Positions 1 to 10,499 are shown, counted from the first letter of the whole stretch. The stretch: DNA of 63,988 nt, filler included, from an uncultured bacterium (GCA_964609495.1; 4 parts of 4 records of this genome joined end to end with filler, not necessarily neighbours in it); one strand, 5' to 3'. Numbers and translations are program-made. Notes: generated by a model not told the origin, from the letters alone.

Positions 1-80
1 AAGGGCTTTGGTTCAATCTCAGTTTTCCCTCTCCCCTCGTGGGAGAGGGATAGGGTGAGGGGGAAATTACATCTTGAACT
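1..80. repeat. REP/BIME-like palindromic repeat, copy A (partial)
   Basis: CCCTCTCCC-CTCGT-GGGAGAGGG-ATAGGGTGAGGGGG at 27-63; positions 1-69 nearly identical to 35314-35382. Confidence 0.85.
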
Positions 81-122
81 AAGTGAAAAATTAGGAATAA
101 CCAACTACTTGCTTGAAGTTAC

Positions 123-992
123 TTAAAACTTCACTCCAGCTTCTAATAGAGCCTCTTTCATCCCTTGGAATGATTCCCTGGTTCCGTCTTCAGGAGTGCC
201 TCCTTCGGGCTTATAATGAGTTTCTAGAGAAACCACTCCTCGATAATCATCTTTTAATAGAGCTTTGAACTGGGCTACGAAATCGATCTTACCCTTTCCC
301 ACTGGTCTCCATTCAGGCCTCCCCGTCTCCTCATTGATAGCGGCATCCTTTATATGCGTATGAGCTATGTAATCCTTGATCAGATTATAACCGTAGGGAT
401 ATGGCTCCTCCCCTGTGAAAAAAGCATTTCCTGGATCCCAGATAAGACGGAGATGGAGAGAATTTATCTCCTTTAACAGACGGAGAGATTCCTCGGCACT
501 TCCCACATAACAAGCATGCTCATTCTCCAGAGCTAAGATAAATCCCTTCTTTCTCACCATCTCAACTGGTCCCCTTAACCTCTCGAATATCTCTTGCCAG
601 ATCTCCTCGGTAAGTTCTCCCTCTCTCCAGAAGGCGAAAGAGCGCACTAGCTTAGTGCCGAACATCTCCGCTAGCTCCATAGAGCGGCGAAGGACATCCA
701 ACTGTTGCTCATAGCTTCTATCAGCGGCCATAAAGGTGTCTCCCTTCGCCCCTTCCTCTCCCCTCAAGTTGCACTTCAGAAAGGGAGAGGCGATGCAAGA
801 GACGGTAAATTCACCCTTTTCCAACATCTTTTTCGCTTGGGATAGATCATCATTAGGAAGATCGATTATATTCTTACCCCACATGCTTCTTAACTCTGCT
901 ATACTCGCTCCTAATTCCCTCATCACGTATAAAGCCCTTTCGAAATCCTGAGTAATTTCGTCAGGAAAAATGCCAACTTGATACATATTCAC
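123..992 (-). CDS. sugar phosphate isomerase/epimerase (AP endonuclease 2 TIM barrel)
   Basis: LALENE, WDPGN, HTHIKD, SLETH metal-binding motifs. Confidence 0.85.
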   Translation of the reverse strand: MNMYQVGIFPDEITQDFERALYVMRELGASIAELRSMWGKNIIDLPNDDLSQAKKMLEKGEFTVSCIASPFLKCNLRGEEGAKGDTFMAADRSYEQQLDVLRRSMELAEMFGTKLVRSFAFWREGELTEEIWQEIFERLRGPVEMVRKKGFILALENEHACYVGSAEESLRLLKEINSLHLRLIWDPGNAFFTGEEPYPYGYNLIKDYIAHTHIKDAAINEETGRPEWRPVGKGKIDFVAQFKALLKDDYRGVVSLETHYKPEGGTPEDGTRESFQGMKEALLEAGVKF

Positions 993-1051
993 CCTCCATT
1001 CATTTCGATTTAGGTTATCTAATTTGTAGCACTTTTCAGAGATAGCTTTAA

Positions 1052-1822
1052 TTAAGATATGAGCTTCTTCAAAGCCGATATGCTCTCAGCAGCAGCTCTA
1101 TCAGGATCACTTACGGTAAAGAGATCGATAGTATAGTATCCCTCATATCCTATCTCCTTTAGAGCTTCATCTATTGCCTTCAGATCCATATCACCTTGGC
1201 CAGGGACTAGGTGACGATGAACTTTATCCTTTATATCCTCGAAGTGGGTATGCACTATATTTTCGCCTAGCCACTTCACCGAGTCTAGGACATCCGCATC
1301 TGTGCAGTAGGAATGTCCAATATCCAGGTTGACTCGCAAGGGTCGAGAAGCAAATTTCTCCAGCAAGCGTTGCATATCCCTGGTATCCTCAACTATCAGA
1401 TCTGGCTCTGGTTCTAAGGCTAAGACGACCCCCTTCTCCTCAGCTAGGTTTAGAAGAGAAGCGAGTCTCTCCTCTAGCTTGAGAAAAAGCTCCTCTTTCT
1501 TATCCCTATCTAGCACCCCAGAGCTTATGACCAAGATATCAGTTCCAAATTTCTCTGGCAGATCGAGGCTTCGCTGTAAAGTTTTGTAGCTGTCATCATC
1601 ACGGACGAAATCTATATGCCAACTGAGAGAACAAATCTCTAATCCTGCTTCGGCAAGATAGCCCTTGATCTCCTCGATCCGCTTTTCGGTCAACTGCTCC
1701 GGCCTTAATCCCTCATCCTCCAGACATAACTCAACCCCAGTATATCCCATCTCTCCAAGATATTTAAATACCGAAGCCCACTCTCTCCCTCCAAAAGATG
1801 CGGTTCTATATCCTATCTTCAT
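1052..1822 (-). CDS. sugar phosphate isomerase/epimerase (IolE/IolI-like TIM barrel)
   Basis: LALEPE, NLDIGH, HTHFED, PGQG motifs; start placed at ATG 1822, which overlaps the iolB stop (TAATG). Confidence 0.85.
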   Translation of the reverse strand: MKIGYRTASFGGREWASVFKYLGEMGYTGVELCLEDEGLRPEQLTEKRIEEIKGYLAEAGLEICSLSWHIDFVRDDDSYKTLQRSLDLPEKFGTDILVISSGVLDRDKKEELFLKLEERLASLLNLAEEKGVVLALEPEPDLIVEDTRDMQRLLEKFASRPLRVNLDIGHSYCTDADVLDSVKWLGENIVHTHFEDIKDKVHRHLVPGQGDMDLKAIDEALKEIGYEGYYTIDLFTVSDPDRAAAESISALKKLIS

Positions 1823-2637
1823 TACTTGACCTCCTTTACGATCGCCTCGCAATCCTTCAACCAAGTGTGAGCGGGGTCATCATTAGGTTTCATAATTCTT
1901 TTCTCTCCTGCTAAAGCCCAGAGGTAATAGAGCGAATAACCAGGCGCAGCCACCACCGGGTGATATCCATAGGGTAGCTTCATCGTATCGCCGTCTTCGA
2001 TTACATAAGTCTCGTTCACAGACCCATCCGCAGTATAGATTCTCTGGATTCCAAAACCTTGTTTAGGCTGAATGTGGAAGTGATATAACTCCTCTAATTT
2101 ATACTCCTGAGGAGGGTTATCAACATCATGCTTATGGGGAGGTGCGCTACTCCAATTTCCCGGAGGGTTAAAGGTTTCTCCTACAATCAACCTTTGGGCA
2201 TTGACTCGCGAGTCGATTATATCATGCACATCTCGGCGCCAATTCAACACCCCAACCGATCTAACCTTTACCTCGGAGGGAGTGATGACTGTTACCTCTC
2301 CTTTCTGATCGCTAGGAGCTTTAAAGATAGCTATCTCTACATCTCCCTTAGCAACAACCTCATACCTTAAAGGAGCGGGGATATATACCGCATAAGCTTT
2401 ACCTCCAAAGACCTCGGCTCTTTCCCCAATTTCCCTCCACTCTTTGTATCCAGCCTTAATGGCGCATTTTCCTGCTAAGATAACTAGAGCGATCTCCTTA
2501 CCATCGCCGCTCTCCGAATAACTCTCTCCATCGGACAAAGTCAGCTTAGCGAATTCTAGGAGCTTCAAATCCTCATCGCCTGGGGATACTATTGTATCAT
2601 ACCCTTTAGTATCCCTGGCTTTACATAATAAGCTCAC
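1822..2637 (-). CDS. iolB: 5-deoxy-glucuronate isomerase
   Basis: GNWSSAPPHKHD, LEELYHF, GYHPVVAAPGY..YYLW; GTG start at 2637 with GGAGG RBS. Confidence 0.92.
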   Translation of the reverse strand: MSLLCKARDTKGYDTIVSPGDEDLKLLEFAKLTLSDGESYSESGDGKEIALVILAGKCAIKAGYKEWREIGERAEVFGGKAYAVYIPAPLRYEVVAKGDVEIAIFKAPSDQKGEVTVITPSEVKVRSVGVLNWRRDVHDIIDSRVNAQRLIVGETFNPPGNWSSAPPHKHDVDNPPQEYKLEELYHFHIQPKQGFGIQRIYTADGSVNETYVIEDGDTMKLPYGYHPVVAAPGYSLYYLWALAGEKRIMKPNDDPAHTWLKDCEAIVKEVK

Positions 2638-2653
2638 TTCGATTTCCTCCTTT

Positions 2654-3568
2654 TCACTTATAAGCTTCAACTTCCAACTTCTGCTCTCCAAGCTTCAGTT
2701 GATAATTATCATCATATATGATAACAACTATCCCCAATAATATCAAGATCGTTCCTATGATTATCCTAGTCGTTATCTCCTCTCCTAAGAATATATTAGC
2801 GCTGAGCAAAGTGAATACTGGAGCTAAAGAAGTCATAACTCCGGCAGTGGAAGCGTTTAAGCGCTTGATACCTTCGCTTAATAGGAGGTAACTAAGACCG
2901 GTGCCGATCACTCCTAGAGCGATCAGGATTATTATATCTCTCCCAGTAGGAGAGATATAAAATTCGAGCTTCAGATAGGTGGGAATCGCAGTTATGATCA
3001 CTCCTAGCAGAAATACCGAGGGCAGGATCTCAGTTGTCCTTCTATTCTCACCCAATTTCTTATTGCTGAGTCCATAAAAGGACCAGAAGAGTCCTGAGAT
3101 CGCTACGAGGATATTCCCCCAGAAGTATCGGGAGGCAAACATCTCTGCCAGACTATCCTCGCTCCATATCACAATGAATAGCCCTGCTAGAGTTATTAGC
3201 ATCCCTATCCCCTTCAACCAGTCGATTCTCTCTCTGAGGAGCAAGTGACCCCACAGGATCAGGAATATTATCTGACTTTGAACAAGCAGAGAGGCTGATC
3301 CAGCGGTCGTTTCCTTAACTCCTAAAGTAAAAAGGATGTAGTTCAGGGATAGGGCGGATCCACCTAAGAGAAGCCAAGGGTTTCTCCAATTCAATAGAAA
3401 ACTCCCTTTTCTTCCTCTGATTATCCAGAGGAGGAAAAAGAATATACAAGCAAGGGAGAAGCGAACGAAGACTATAGTGAGAGGATTGAAGACAACTAAG
3501 ATAATCTTCACTAAGATCGGTATGAATCCCCAGATCATAGTGGTTAATATGATATAAAGCACTCCCAT
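2654..3568 (-). CDS. DMT/EamA family transporter
   Basis: about 10 hydrophobic helices in two EamA repeats (IWG...RF; LLRER / FLGEEI). Confidence 0.88.
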   Translation of the reverse strand: MGVLYIILTTMIWGFIPILVKIILVVFNPLTIVFVRFSLACIFFFLLWIIRGRKGSFLLNWRNPWLLLGGSALSLNYILFTLGVKETTAGSASLLVQSQIIFLILWGHLLLRERIDWLKGIGMLITLAGLFIVIWSEDSLAEMFASRYFWGNILVAISGLFWSFYGLSNKKLGENRRTTEILPSVFLLGVIITAIPTYLKLEFYISPTGRDIIILIALGVIGTGLSYLLLSEGIKRLNASTAGVMTSLAPVFTLLSANIFLGEEITTRIIIGTILILLGIVVIIYDDNYQLKLGEQKLEVEAYK

Positions 3569-3572
3569 CTTT

Positions 3573-4631
3573 TTAAAGCTCGACCACTTGATCTAAATGC
3601 TTAGGTTTATCAGGGTTTATCCCCCTAGATATGGCCTTATAGTAGGCGAATAGTTGGGCTATCGGTAGATAAAGCCCCACTCGAGCCATCTCCGATAGTC
3701 CAGAGTCGATCTCCACCAAATAATCGGCAACCTCCTTTATCCCCTCGTCAGCTTTATCACAGAATACGAAGGTTGACGCTCCTAACCTTCTCAATTCCTC
3801 AAGAAGCTTCACCTCATAATCCTTACCAGAATCAGATAGAAATGCGCCCACTAGAGTCTTATCGTCTATAACGGACTTCGGGCCATGGCGAAACTCCAGC
3901 ATATGGAACGCTTGAGATGAAACTAGAGCCATCTCCTTGAGCTTCAACATCACCTCGCACGCCGCTCCGAAGTAGGGGCCTCCTCCTAAAAAGACGAATT
4001 TATCGTAGCATCCGTCCTCTCCTAAGCTCTTAGCTAAGCTGTGAAAGTTCTTTATAACCTCCTCTCCTCTCTCAGGAAGAGCCTCTAGCTCCTTCTGATA
4101 CTCCTTATTATCGCTTACTATAGCGGCAGAGAGTTGAGCAAGTAGTAACATACTGGTCAAAGCCTTGGTCATAACTACGCTCTTCTCCTGACTCTTTTCA
4201 GCTATTAATTTCTCATCTCCTCCCTTGGCTAATTCGCTATCTGGATAGCAACTAATTACCAACTCCTTCAGATCGTAATTCTCTTTAGCGAAGTTGCGAG
4301 CGATTATGATCTCGGTGGTAGTTCCTGAGCGAGAGATAGATACTAATCTATATTTTCTATTCTCAGCGAATACCACCTTATCGAAGAGAAATATCTCCGA
4401 GGAAGGCACTGCCCTAGCGCTCATCCCAGTGATCGTCTGGAATATCGAGGAAGCCATAATCCCTAAATAGTAAGAAGAGCCGCATCCAGAGAAGATTATA
4501 TCAACAGCGGGATCGCGGAAAAATGCTCTTATACTTTCCTCTTTACCAGTTATATACGCTAAAACAGCTCTCCAAGCGTTAGCTTGCTCTAATATCTCTT
4601 CTAAAGTGTAGTGTCCTTTTTCTTCGCTCAC
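3573..4631 (-). CDS. double-SIS sugar-phosphate isomerase/deaminase (AgaS/GlmS-C-like)
   Basis: GCGSS, SRSGTTTE, LKLKEM, EFRHGP, NPDKPKHL. Confidence 0.88.
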   Translation of the reverse strand: MSEEKGHYTLEEILEQANAWRAVLAYITGKEESIRAFFRDPAVDIIFSGCGSSYYLGIMASSIFQTITGMSARAVPSSEIFLFDKVVFAENRKYRLVSISRSGTTTEIIIARNFAKENYDLKELVISCYPDSELAKGGDEKLIAEKSQEKSVVMTKALTSMLLLAQLSAAIVSDNKEYQKELEALPERGEEVIKNFHSLAKSLGEDGCYDKFVFLGGGPYFGAACEVMLKLKEMALVSSQAFHMLEFRHGPKSVIDDKTLVGAFLSDSGKDYEVKLLEELRRLGASTFVFCDKADEGIKEVADYLVEIDSGLSEMARVGLYLPIAQLFAYYKAISRGINPDKPKHLDQVVEL

Positions 4632-4680
4632 GTAATTATCCTCCTATTTCTATATTGCAGTTTACTTCCAGCCTTTCAAT

Positions 4681-5517
4681 CTATTTCTCCAAGTTAGACA
4701 GGGCAGAAGCCAGATAACCAAGACCCCAAGCAATAATGATCTCTTCATAAGGTTCATAGTCGATCTTAGGAAGATGTTCGGGGCACACCAGCCCTTCGTA
4801 GCCAATTTGCTGTAGCTCCTTCAGCACTCTAAGGATGTCAATTTCACCTTTGCCAAAGATGACCTCATCAAAGCCATCAGGCTTATGTATCACGTCTCGA
4901 GCATGCACGAAGAGGATCTTTTCCCCAAATCGACGGATGCTATCATAGATGTCATCACCAGCTAGTTGATGGCAACCCGTGCAGAAGGTAACGCCATTGT
5001 AATCGCTTGGAACCGCCTCTAGTAGTCGGTTCATACCTTCATAGTTCCAGATAAGAAACTGAGGCCACTGATGTCCATGATTGGCTAGGCGAACTCCTGA
5101 TTCCTCGGCACACGGAACGATCTCTTGATATAGCTCTATCAAATGTTTCCACTTCTCTTCGCGGGTATCCTCATCTTCAGAGGAGGGGATACCCAAAAAC
5201 AAGAAGAGCATATCTACTCCTGCCTTTCCCATCGCCTCGATCGTGTTGCATAGCGCTTTCGCCTTCGCTTCAGCACCTTGAGGCGAAAGGACTGCATCCT
5301 CACTGATTGTTTCGCTCAGTATTCGTAATTCAAGCCCACTATCATTGAATCCCTTCTGATACCTCTTAAGTCTTTCGAGCTCTATACAGCCTGCCTCATT
5401 GTAACATTCTTCCACCTCGGGAAAAGCCCAAATGTCTTGTATTCCCAATTTGGAAGCATACTCAACAACACGATGAATATCATTACCACAGACATCTGTC
5501 CGAAGGGCAACTTTCAT
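4681..5517 (-). CDS. TIM-barrel sugar isomerase / mannonate dehydratase-like protein
   Basis: NGVTFCTGC, VHARD, PEHLP resemble UxuA-type motifs. Confidence 0.7.
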   Translation of the reverse strand: MKVALRTDVCGNDIHRVVEYASKLGIQDIWAFPEVEECYNEAGCIELERLKRYQKGFNDSGLELRILSETISEDAVLSPQGAEAKAKALCNTIEAMGKAGVDMLFLFLGIPSSEDEDTREEKWKHLIELYQEIVPCAEESGVRLANHGHQWPQFLIWNYEGMNRLLEAVPSDYNGVTFCTGCHQLAGDDIYDSIRRFGEKILFVHARDVIHKPDGFDEVIFGKGEIDILRVLKELQQIGYEGLVCPEHLPKIDYEPYEEIIIAWGLGYLASALSNLEK

Positions 5518-6626
5518 AAGATTATCTCCTTTCTCTCGCTCCAGAATTGAGCGCTATGTGTTTTTTCCATAAGTTCCAGAGGTTCATCCACCTGAGGTGG
5601 TAGGGGAAAATGAATCATAGTGCGCAGTCGAGAGGACTCATAGATAGTGGCGATTATTTCCAGAGTCTTAATAGCCTCCCGCCCACTCACAATGGATCCC
5701 TTATCGCTTTCAAGGGAATCGATCATAGCTTCCATCAATAGCTGCCAAGCATTTATCCAATAATATTCAATTGTAGGTCTTCCTAATATCTCCTTTCTCG
5801 GTTTTCCTATTAATTCATCCTCTGCCTCAAACGTCCTCCAGCCCAGAGTTTTACTATTAAGCACCTTTACGAAGTGTTCAGCGGGATAATTCCCACCTGC
5901 TATTTGGATTATCCCCTCGGTGCCGGTCAAAGTCACTGAGTAGCTTAAATGACCCTCTATTGCGCGACCAGCCATAACACAACCTTCCACATCATTCTCA
6001 AATTTGAGATAGCCTATCGCCGCATCCTCTATATTATGGCGCCAGGGACAGTATTTTCTCCTCTCCCAGTCAACCTGCCCTATAACCCATCGAACTGGAA
6101 CATCCCCAGCATAGAAGCGAAGGATATCTACACAGTGATCATCGCAGAAGAGATCACCTCCGTAAACTTCTACTTTCAACAATCCTCCTATTTCACCGTT
6201 ATCGAGCAATTCCTTGGCTTTTACATATCTGTTCTCAAATCGTCGTTGATGACCAACAATAAGCCGGCAATGGTTTCGATCACATTCCTCGATCATTTTA
6301 TTTGCCTCGGAGATGCTGAGAGCTATCGGCTTCTCACACAGAATCGCCTTGGGATTCCATTTAGCCGCTTCTACGGTCATCTCACAGTGTAGGACAGGCC
6401 AGGTGCAAATGCTTACGATGTCGAGATTTTCTTTCTCCAGCATCTCTCTGTAGTCTGTGTAAAGGTTAGTTATTCCATATTCTTCGGAAAATCTCTGAAG
6501 TCGCTCAGGATCCACGTCTGCCGCCGCGACGACTTCTGTGGATTGGGCAGCCTTATAGCCGTTCATATGCCCTGTTGAAACCCAACCACATCCAATAATC
6601 CCTACCCGATACGTTTTTGAAGGCAT
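5514..6626 (-). CDS. Gfo/Idh/MocA family oxidoreductase
   Basis: GIIGCG Rossmann motif, CEKP, GHQRRF. Confidence 0.9.
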   Translation of the reverse strand: MPSKTYRVGIIGCGWVSTGHMNGYKAAQSTEVVAAADVDPERLQRFSEEYGITNLYTDYREMLEKENLDIVSICTWPVLHCEMTVEAAKWNPKAILCEKPIALSISEANKMIEECDRNHCRLIVGHQRRFENRYVKAKELLDNGEIGGLLKVEVYGGDLFCDDHCVDILRFYAGDVPVRWVIGQVDWERRKYCPWRHNIEDAAIGYLKFENDVEGCVMAGRAIEGHLSYSVTLTGTEGIIQIAGGNYPAEHFVKVLNSKTLGWRTFEAEDELIGKPRKEILGRPTIEYYWINAWQLLMEAMIDSLESDKGSIVSGREAIKTLEIIATIYESSRLRTMIHFPLPPQVDEPLELMEKTHSAQFWSERKEIIL

Positions 6627-6685
6627 TATGCTTCTCTCCTTGTCTGAATATTTTTTATTAGCGATTTTGTCCTATTTTCTAACGT

Positions 6686-7513
6686 CTATTTTTCAACCCC
6701 AAGGATAGCTTTGCTGGGAGAGTAGGGGGCTCTAGTAGCAGAGACAGCTTTCCCAGTTAGTATATCCTCGGCGATAGCTACATCCTCCTCTATCTCCTCG
6801 GGACTAGCTACTCCAACAGCTACTGTATCTATATCTTTGATGACACTATAGACGAAGCCCAAGCCATCTTGAGGGATTAACCTTCCTGCCGCTAGGGGCT
6901 TTATAGCCACTACAGGCTTAGTCGTCGCTCTGATCACTTTTGCTACCCAGGGGGTCTCTACTGGACAGAGAAAACCCATACTGTTAATGGGAAGTATATA
7001 TACCTCAACATCATACTTCGCTTTATCGGCAACGGTCAGAGCCTCCGGACGATGGGTACTAAGTCCGGGGATCATTCCATTCTCTCTAATGAACGCGAGT
7101 AATTCCTCGGCCCCCTCAATCGTTCCTTTGCCTACGTTAAGATAGGAGTCGGTATATCCACCGTGGATAAGGCAGTATTCAGCTTTATAATCTCTCAAAA
7201 ATCTTATCTTCTCCTTGTGATCCTCAAGATCGACTGAACCGTTTGTCGTAGCTATCCACGTCATCAACTTCCCAGTTCTCTCCGCAACAAGTTCTCTAGC
7301 CTCGGCCACCTTGGGACGAGCTGATGATACTAAGGCATTTACCCCTAGACCCTGAGCATATTCTAATACCTCGGCGATCCTCTCCACAGTGAAGTACTTA
7401 GCGAACCACTTGCTTTTAGCCTCGCTGAAGTGAGAGAAGCCATTGAAACAGTTGCTTCCACAGACCAGCCTACTTATCTTATGTGGACCGATCTGAGTGC
7501 ATGGCAATGCCAT
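6686..7513 (-). CDS. aldo/keto-reductase-fold hypothetical protein
   Basis: ISRLVCGSN, GLSTH, AIKPLAAGR, VAVG resemble NADP-dependent oxidoreductase fold. Confidence 0.55.
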   Translation of the reverse strand: MALPCTQIGPHKISRLVCGSNCFNGFSHFSEAKSKWFAKYFTVERIAEVLEYAQGLGVNALVSSARPKVAEARELVAERTGKLMTWIATTNGSVDLEDHKEKIRFLRDYKAEYCLIHGGYTDSYLNVGKGTIEGAEELLAFIRENGMIPGLSTHRPEALTVADKAKYDVEVYILPINSMGFLCPVETPWVAKVIRATTKPVVAIKPLAAGRLIPQDGLGFVYSVIKDIDTVAVGVASPEEIEEDVAIAEDILTGKAVSATRAPYSPSKAILGVEK

Positions 7514-7542
7514 CTTATCCCTCCTCTACTCAATAGTTATAA

Positions 7543-8181
7543 TTATTCCAGATCGTTGCTATAACCCATAGTTATTCCTTCTCTTGCTCTTGCCTCCCAA
7601 TTACTCCCTGAATCTCTATCGTCTCCGTTTGGAATGAGGGCTAGAGTTTCCTCTAGATCAGAACTAGGATTTGGTCCACTCCAAATAGCATCTTCATAAA
7701 TATCATCGTTTGGTTCACCAAATTCTACATAATCTACAACTCTCCCTTGAGCATCAAGCAGTAAAATCTCGTCGCCGGTGTTATTCCAGATTTGACGAGT
7801 TAGAAGCTTATCCGATTTAGTTCTATAAGATAGATAAATCGCACCTTCCCTTTTCTCAAACTTATCTCTCGTTCTATCTTCATTAGTAAAAAAGATCAGA
7901 TATGAATGAGGTTGCATTTTAATATTTCTAAAGCGATACTTATGTTTATCTCTATCAGTTATAGTCCATCCATTCAGATCGATAGTTTCATCATTTGGAT
8001 TATAAAGCTCTATCCATTCTTCAAGAGAACGATCTTCCTTCAAGTTATAAGAGATCTCATTTATGACTATTTTATCAACCTCTTCTGATTCTAGGTTATT
8101 ATTACTCATCAGGATCAATAAGAGAGTGAGAGATAAGAATAGGCTCAAGCTCGATCTCAAACCACTTCTCATTATAACCAC
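7543..8181 (-). CDS. secreted lamin-tail-domain (LTD) protein
   Basis: N-terminal hydrophobic signal; IVINEI, EWIELYN, DLNGWTI, NNTGDEI.L.D..G.VVD. Confidence 0.82.
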   Translation of the reverse strand: MVIMRSGLRSSLSLFLSLTLLLILMSNNNLESEEVDKIVINEISYNLKEDRSLEEWIELYNPNDETIDLNGWTITDRDKHKYRFRNIKMQPHSYLIFFTNEDRTRDKFEKREGAIYLSYRTKSDKLLTRQIWNNTGDEILLLDAQGRVVDYVEFGEPNDDIYEDAIWSGPNPSSDLEETLALIPNGDDRDSGSNWEARAREGITMGYSNDLE

Positions 8182-8201
8182 TTCCTTGATGAGAATTTAG
8201 A

Positions 8202-9044
8202 TCATATTATAACCTCCTTATGTCTATTAGCATAACAATTAATATTAACTGCTACCGGTAAACTAGCTATATGGCAGGGAAAAACCTCGATATTCACCGC
8301 TAGAGAGGTGATGCGACCTCCTAATCCCTGAGGACCGATCCCTAGATCATTGATCTTATCCAAAAGCCTATCCTCTATCTCAGCCCAATAAGGATCGTTA
8401 TTATGAACCCCCAAAGTTCTTAGACAGCCTCTTTTAGCTAAAATAGCCGCCTTCTCGAAGGTCCCTCCGATTCCGACCCCCACGATAGTAGGAGGGCAGG
8501 GGTTAGAGCCAGCCTCTCTTACCGTCTCCACCACAAACTCTTCGATCCCCCCTATCCCTTGAGCAGGATTTAGCATCTTCAACCTGCTCATATTCTCACT
8601 GCCTCCACCTTTGGGGACGATTATGAGTTTCAATTTATCACCCGGGACAATATCGGTATGAATAACTGGGGGAGTGTTATCACCAGTATTATTTCGTCTT
8701 ATCGGATCGGCTACTATAGACTTCCTCAGATATCCCTCCTTGTAGCCCTTTCGAACCCCCTTCTCAATGGCTTTATAAAGATCTCCTCCAGTAATATTTA
8801 TCTCCTGACCTATCTCCAAGAAAACAACTAGGAAGCCAGTATCCTGACATATCGGGCAACTTTCCTCACGAGCGATCTCGATATTATCCAACATCTGTCT
8901 CAATATATCTCTTCCTAAAGGTGATTCCTCATTATCGATCGCTTGGGATAGAGCTGATATAACATCCTCTCCTAAATAGTAATTAGTGGCTTGGCATAAA
9001 GTGGCGACTACTTCTGTTATCTTGTTAGCTTTGATGATTCTCAT
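8202..9044 (-). CDS. class I fumarate hydratase / Fe-S hydro-lyase alpha subunit
   Basis: CQDTG, KGGGSEN, NPCPP, PCHIASLPVAVNINC. Confidence 0.92.
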   Translation of the reverse strand: MRIIKANKITEVVATLCQATNYYLGEDVISALSQAIDNEESPLGRDILRQMLDNIEIAREESCPICQDTGFLVVFLEIGQEINITGGDLYKAIEKGVRKGYKEGYLRKSIVADPIRRNNTGDNTPPVIHTDIVPGDKLKLIIVPKGGGSENMSRLKMLNPAQGIGGIEEFVVETVREAGSNPCPPTIVGVGIGGTFEKAAILAKRGCLRTLGVHNNDPYWAEIEDRLLDKINDLGIGPQGLGGRITSLAVNIEVFPCHIASLPVAVNINCYANRHKEVII

Positions 9045-9132
9045 GATACTATCGTTTTACTTCTAAGAGGATTAACAGTGGGAAAATCAATCAAACTTTC
9101 ATATATCTGAGTTACCTCTTGCTCCAGAGATA

Positions 9133-10398
9133 TCATAACTTCAAATTATCCTTTATCTTATCAGCATCCTCTACCTTTCCCACGAGCGCTAGGTTTAGTT
9201 CGGATGTTTGGAGGAGGTCTTGTCCAATACGGAGGACATCATCAACAGTTACCGCATCGATTCTCTCTAGAACATCGTCAACCGTGAGCAATTCTTCATC
9301 ATATATCTCTCGCTCACCTATCCATCCAGCATAGCTGGAGGTACTCTCCAATCCCAAGATAAAATTCCCCTTTATCTGTTCCTTCCCCCTCGTCAACTCG
9401 TCCTCGCTTATCCTCTCTGATCTTATCTTGTCTAACTCCACTAATATTAATTGAATAGTCTCATCTAGGTTATCAGAGGCAATTCCAGCATAGATCCCAA
9501 GACAACCTGTATCTCTGGAGGAAGAGGTGAAGGAACTGATAGCATAAGCTAACCCTTTCTTCTCTCTTATCTCCTGGAATAAGCGAGAACTGGCGTTTCC
9601 TCCTAGAACAACGCTAAGGACACCCAATCCATATCTATCAGGATGTCGGCGAGGAAAACCATACACTCCCAAACAGAGGTGCGTCTGTTCTAGATCACGG
9701 GATTGAATCGCTACTTCTGGCGATTCCTGTTTGGCTTCAAAATTCGCCGAAGAGGGACTATCTCCAGCCGGAAGATCTCCAAAATAATCCTGAGCTAATT
9801 TAATTAGTTCTTTATGCTCAACCTCCCCGGCAACGCTGATTATTATATTATTGGGAAGATAGAGGCGTCTCATATAATCTTTTATCCTCTGATTATCTAT
9901 CGCGTTAACCGTCTCTGGAGTGCCTAAGATAGATTTTCCCAGAGGATGCTCTCTCCATAAAACCTCTCTAAATAGCTCATATATAAAATCATCTGGGGTA
10001 TCGAGCATCCTTTTGATCTCCTCCTGCACGATCAATCGCTCTTTCACTATATCGCTTTCCCTTAGCAGAGGATTCAGGATCATATCCGTTAGAACATCCA
10101 TCGCTAATGGCAAATGGTTGCTCATCACTCTAGCATAGTAACAAGTATACTCTTTGGCAGTAAAGGCATTTAACCTTCCTCCTATTCCCTCGATAGCTTT
10201 GGAGATATCGAGGGGAGTGGGTCTCTTCTCAGAGCCTTTGAAAAGCATATGCTCAATAAAGTGAGTTATCCCGTTATTATGTTCATTCTCATATCTAGAG
10301 CCAGCCTTTACCCAGATAGTAACAGTTACCGATCTTCTCTCTGGCATTTTGTAGCTTGCGATTCGTAATCCATTATCGAGTGTAGTTCTTTGATACAA
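9133..10398 (-). CDS. M16 family Zn peptidase (pitrilysin-like)
   Basis: HFIEH inverted zinc motif, NAFT, SSRLFQEIRE..GLAY. Confidence 0.92.
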   Translation of the reverse strand: MYQRTTLDNGLRIASYKMPERRSVTVTIWVKAGSRYENEHNNGITHFIEHMLFKGSEKRPTPLDISKAIEGIGGRLNAFTAKEYTCYYARVMSNHLPLAMDVLTDMILNPLLRESDIVKERLIVQEEIKRMLDTPDDFIYELFREVLWREHPLGKSILGTPETVNAIDNQRIKDYMRRLYLPNNIIISVAGEVEHKELIKLAQDYFGDLPAGDSPSSANFEAKQESPEVAIQSRDLEQTHLCLGVYGFPRRHPDRYGLGVLSVVLGGNASSRLFQEIREKKGLAYAISSFTSSSRDTGCLGIYAGIASDNLDETIQLILVELDKIRSERISEDELTRGKEQIKGNFILGLESTSSYAGWIGEREIYDEELLTVDDVLERIDAVTVDDVLRIGQDLLQTSELNLALVGKVEDADKIKDNLKL

Positions 10399-10435
10399 AG
10401 TTATCTCCTCTCCCCCGTTATTTTATAGCTAACAC

Positions 10436-10468
10436 TATAAGGCGGGTGATCTGTCACCCGCCTTTATA
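10436..10468. terminator. intrinsic terminator-like hairpin
   Basis: AAGGCGGGTGA-TCTG-TCACCCGCCTT downstream of the GH172 gene. Confidence 0.7.
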
Positions 10469-10499
10469 AGGTCCTCAAGTCTCCCTAATAGATATTATA

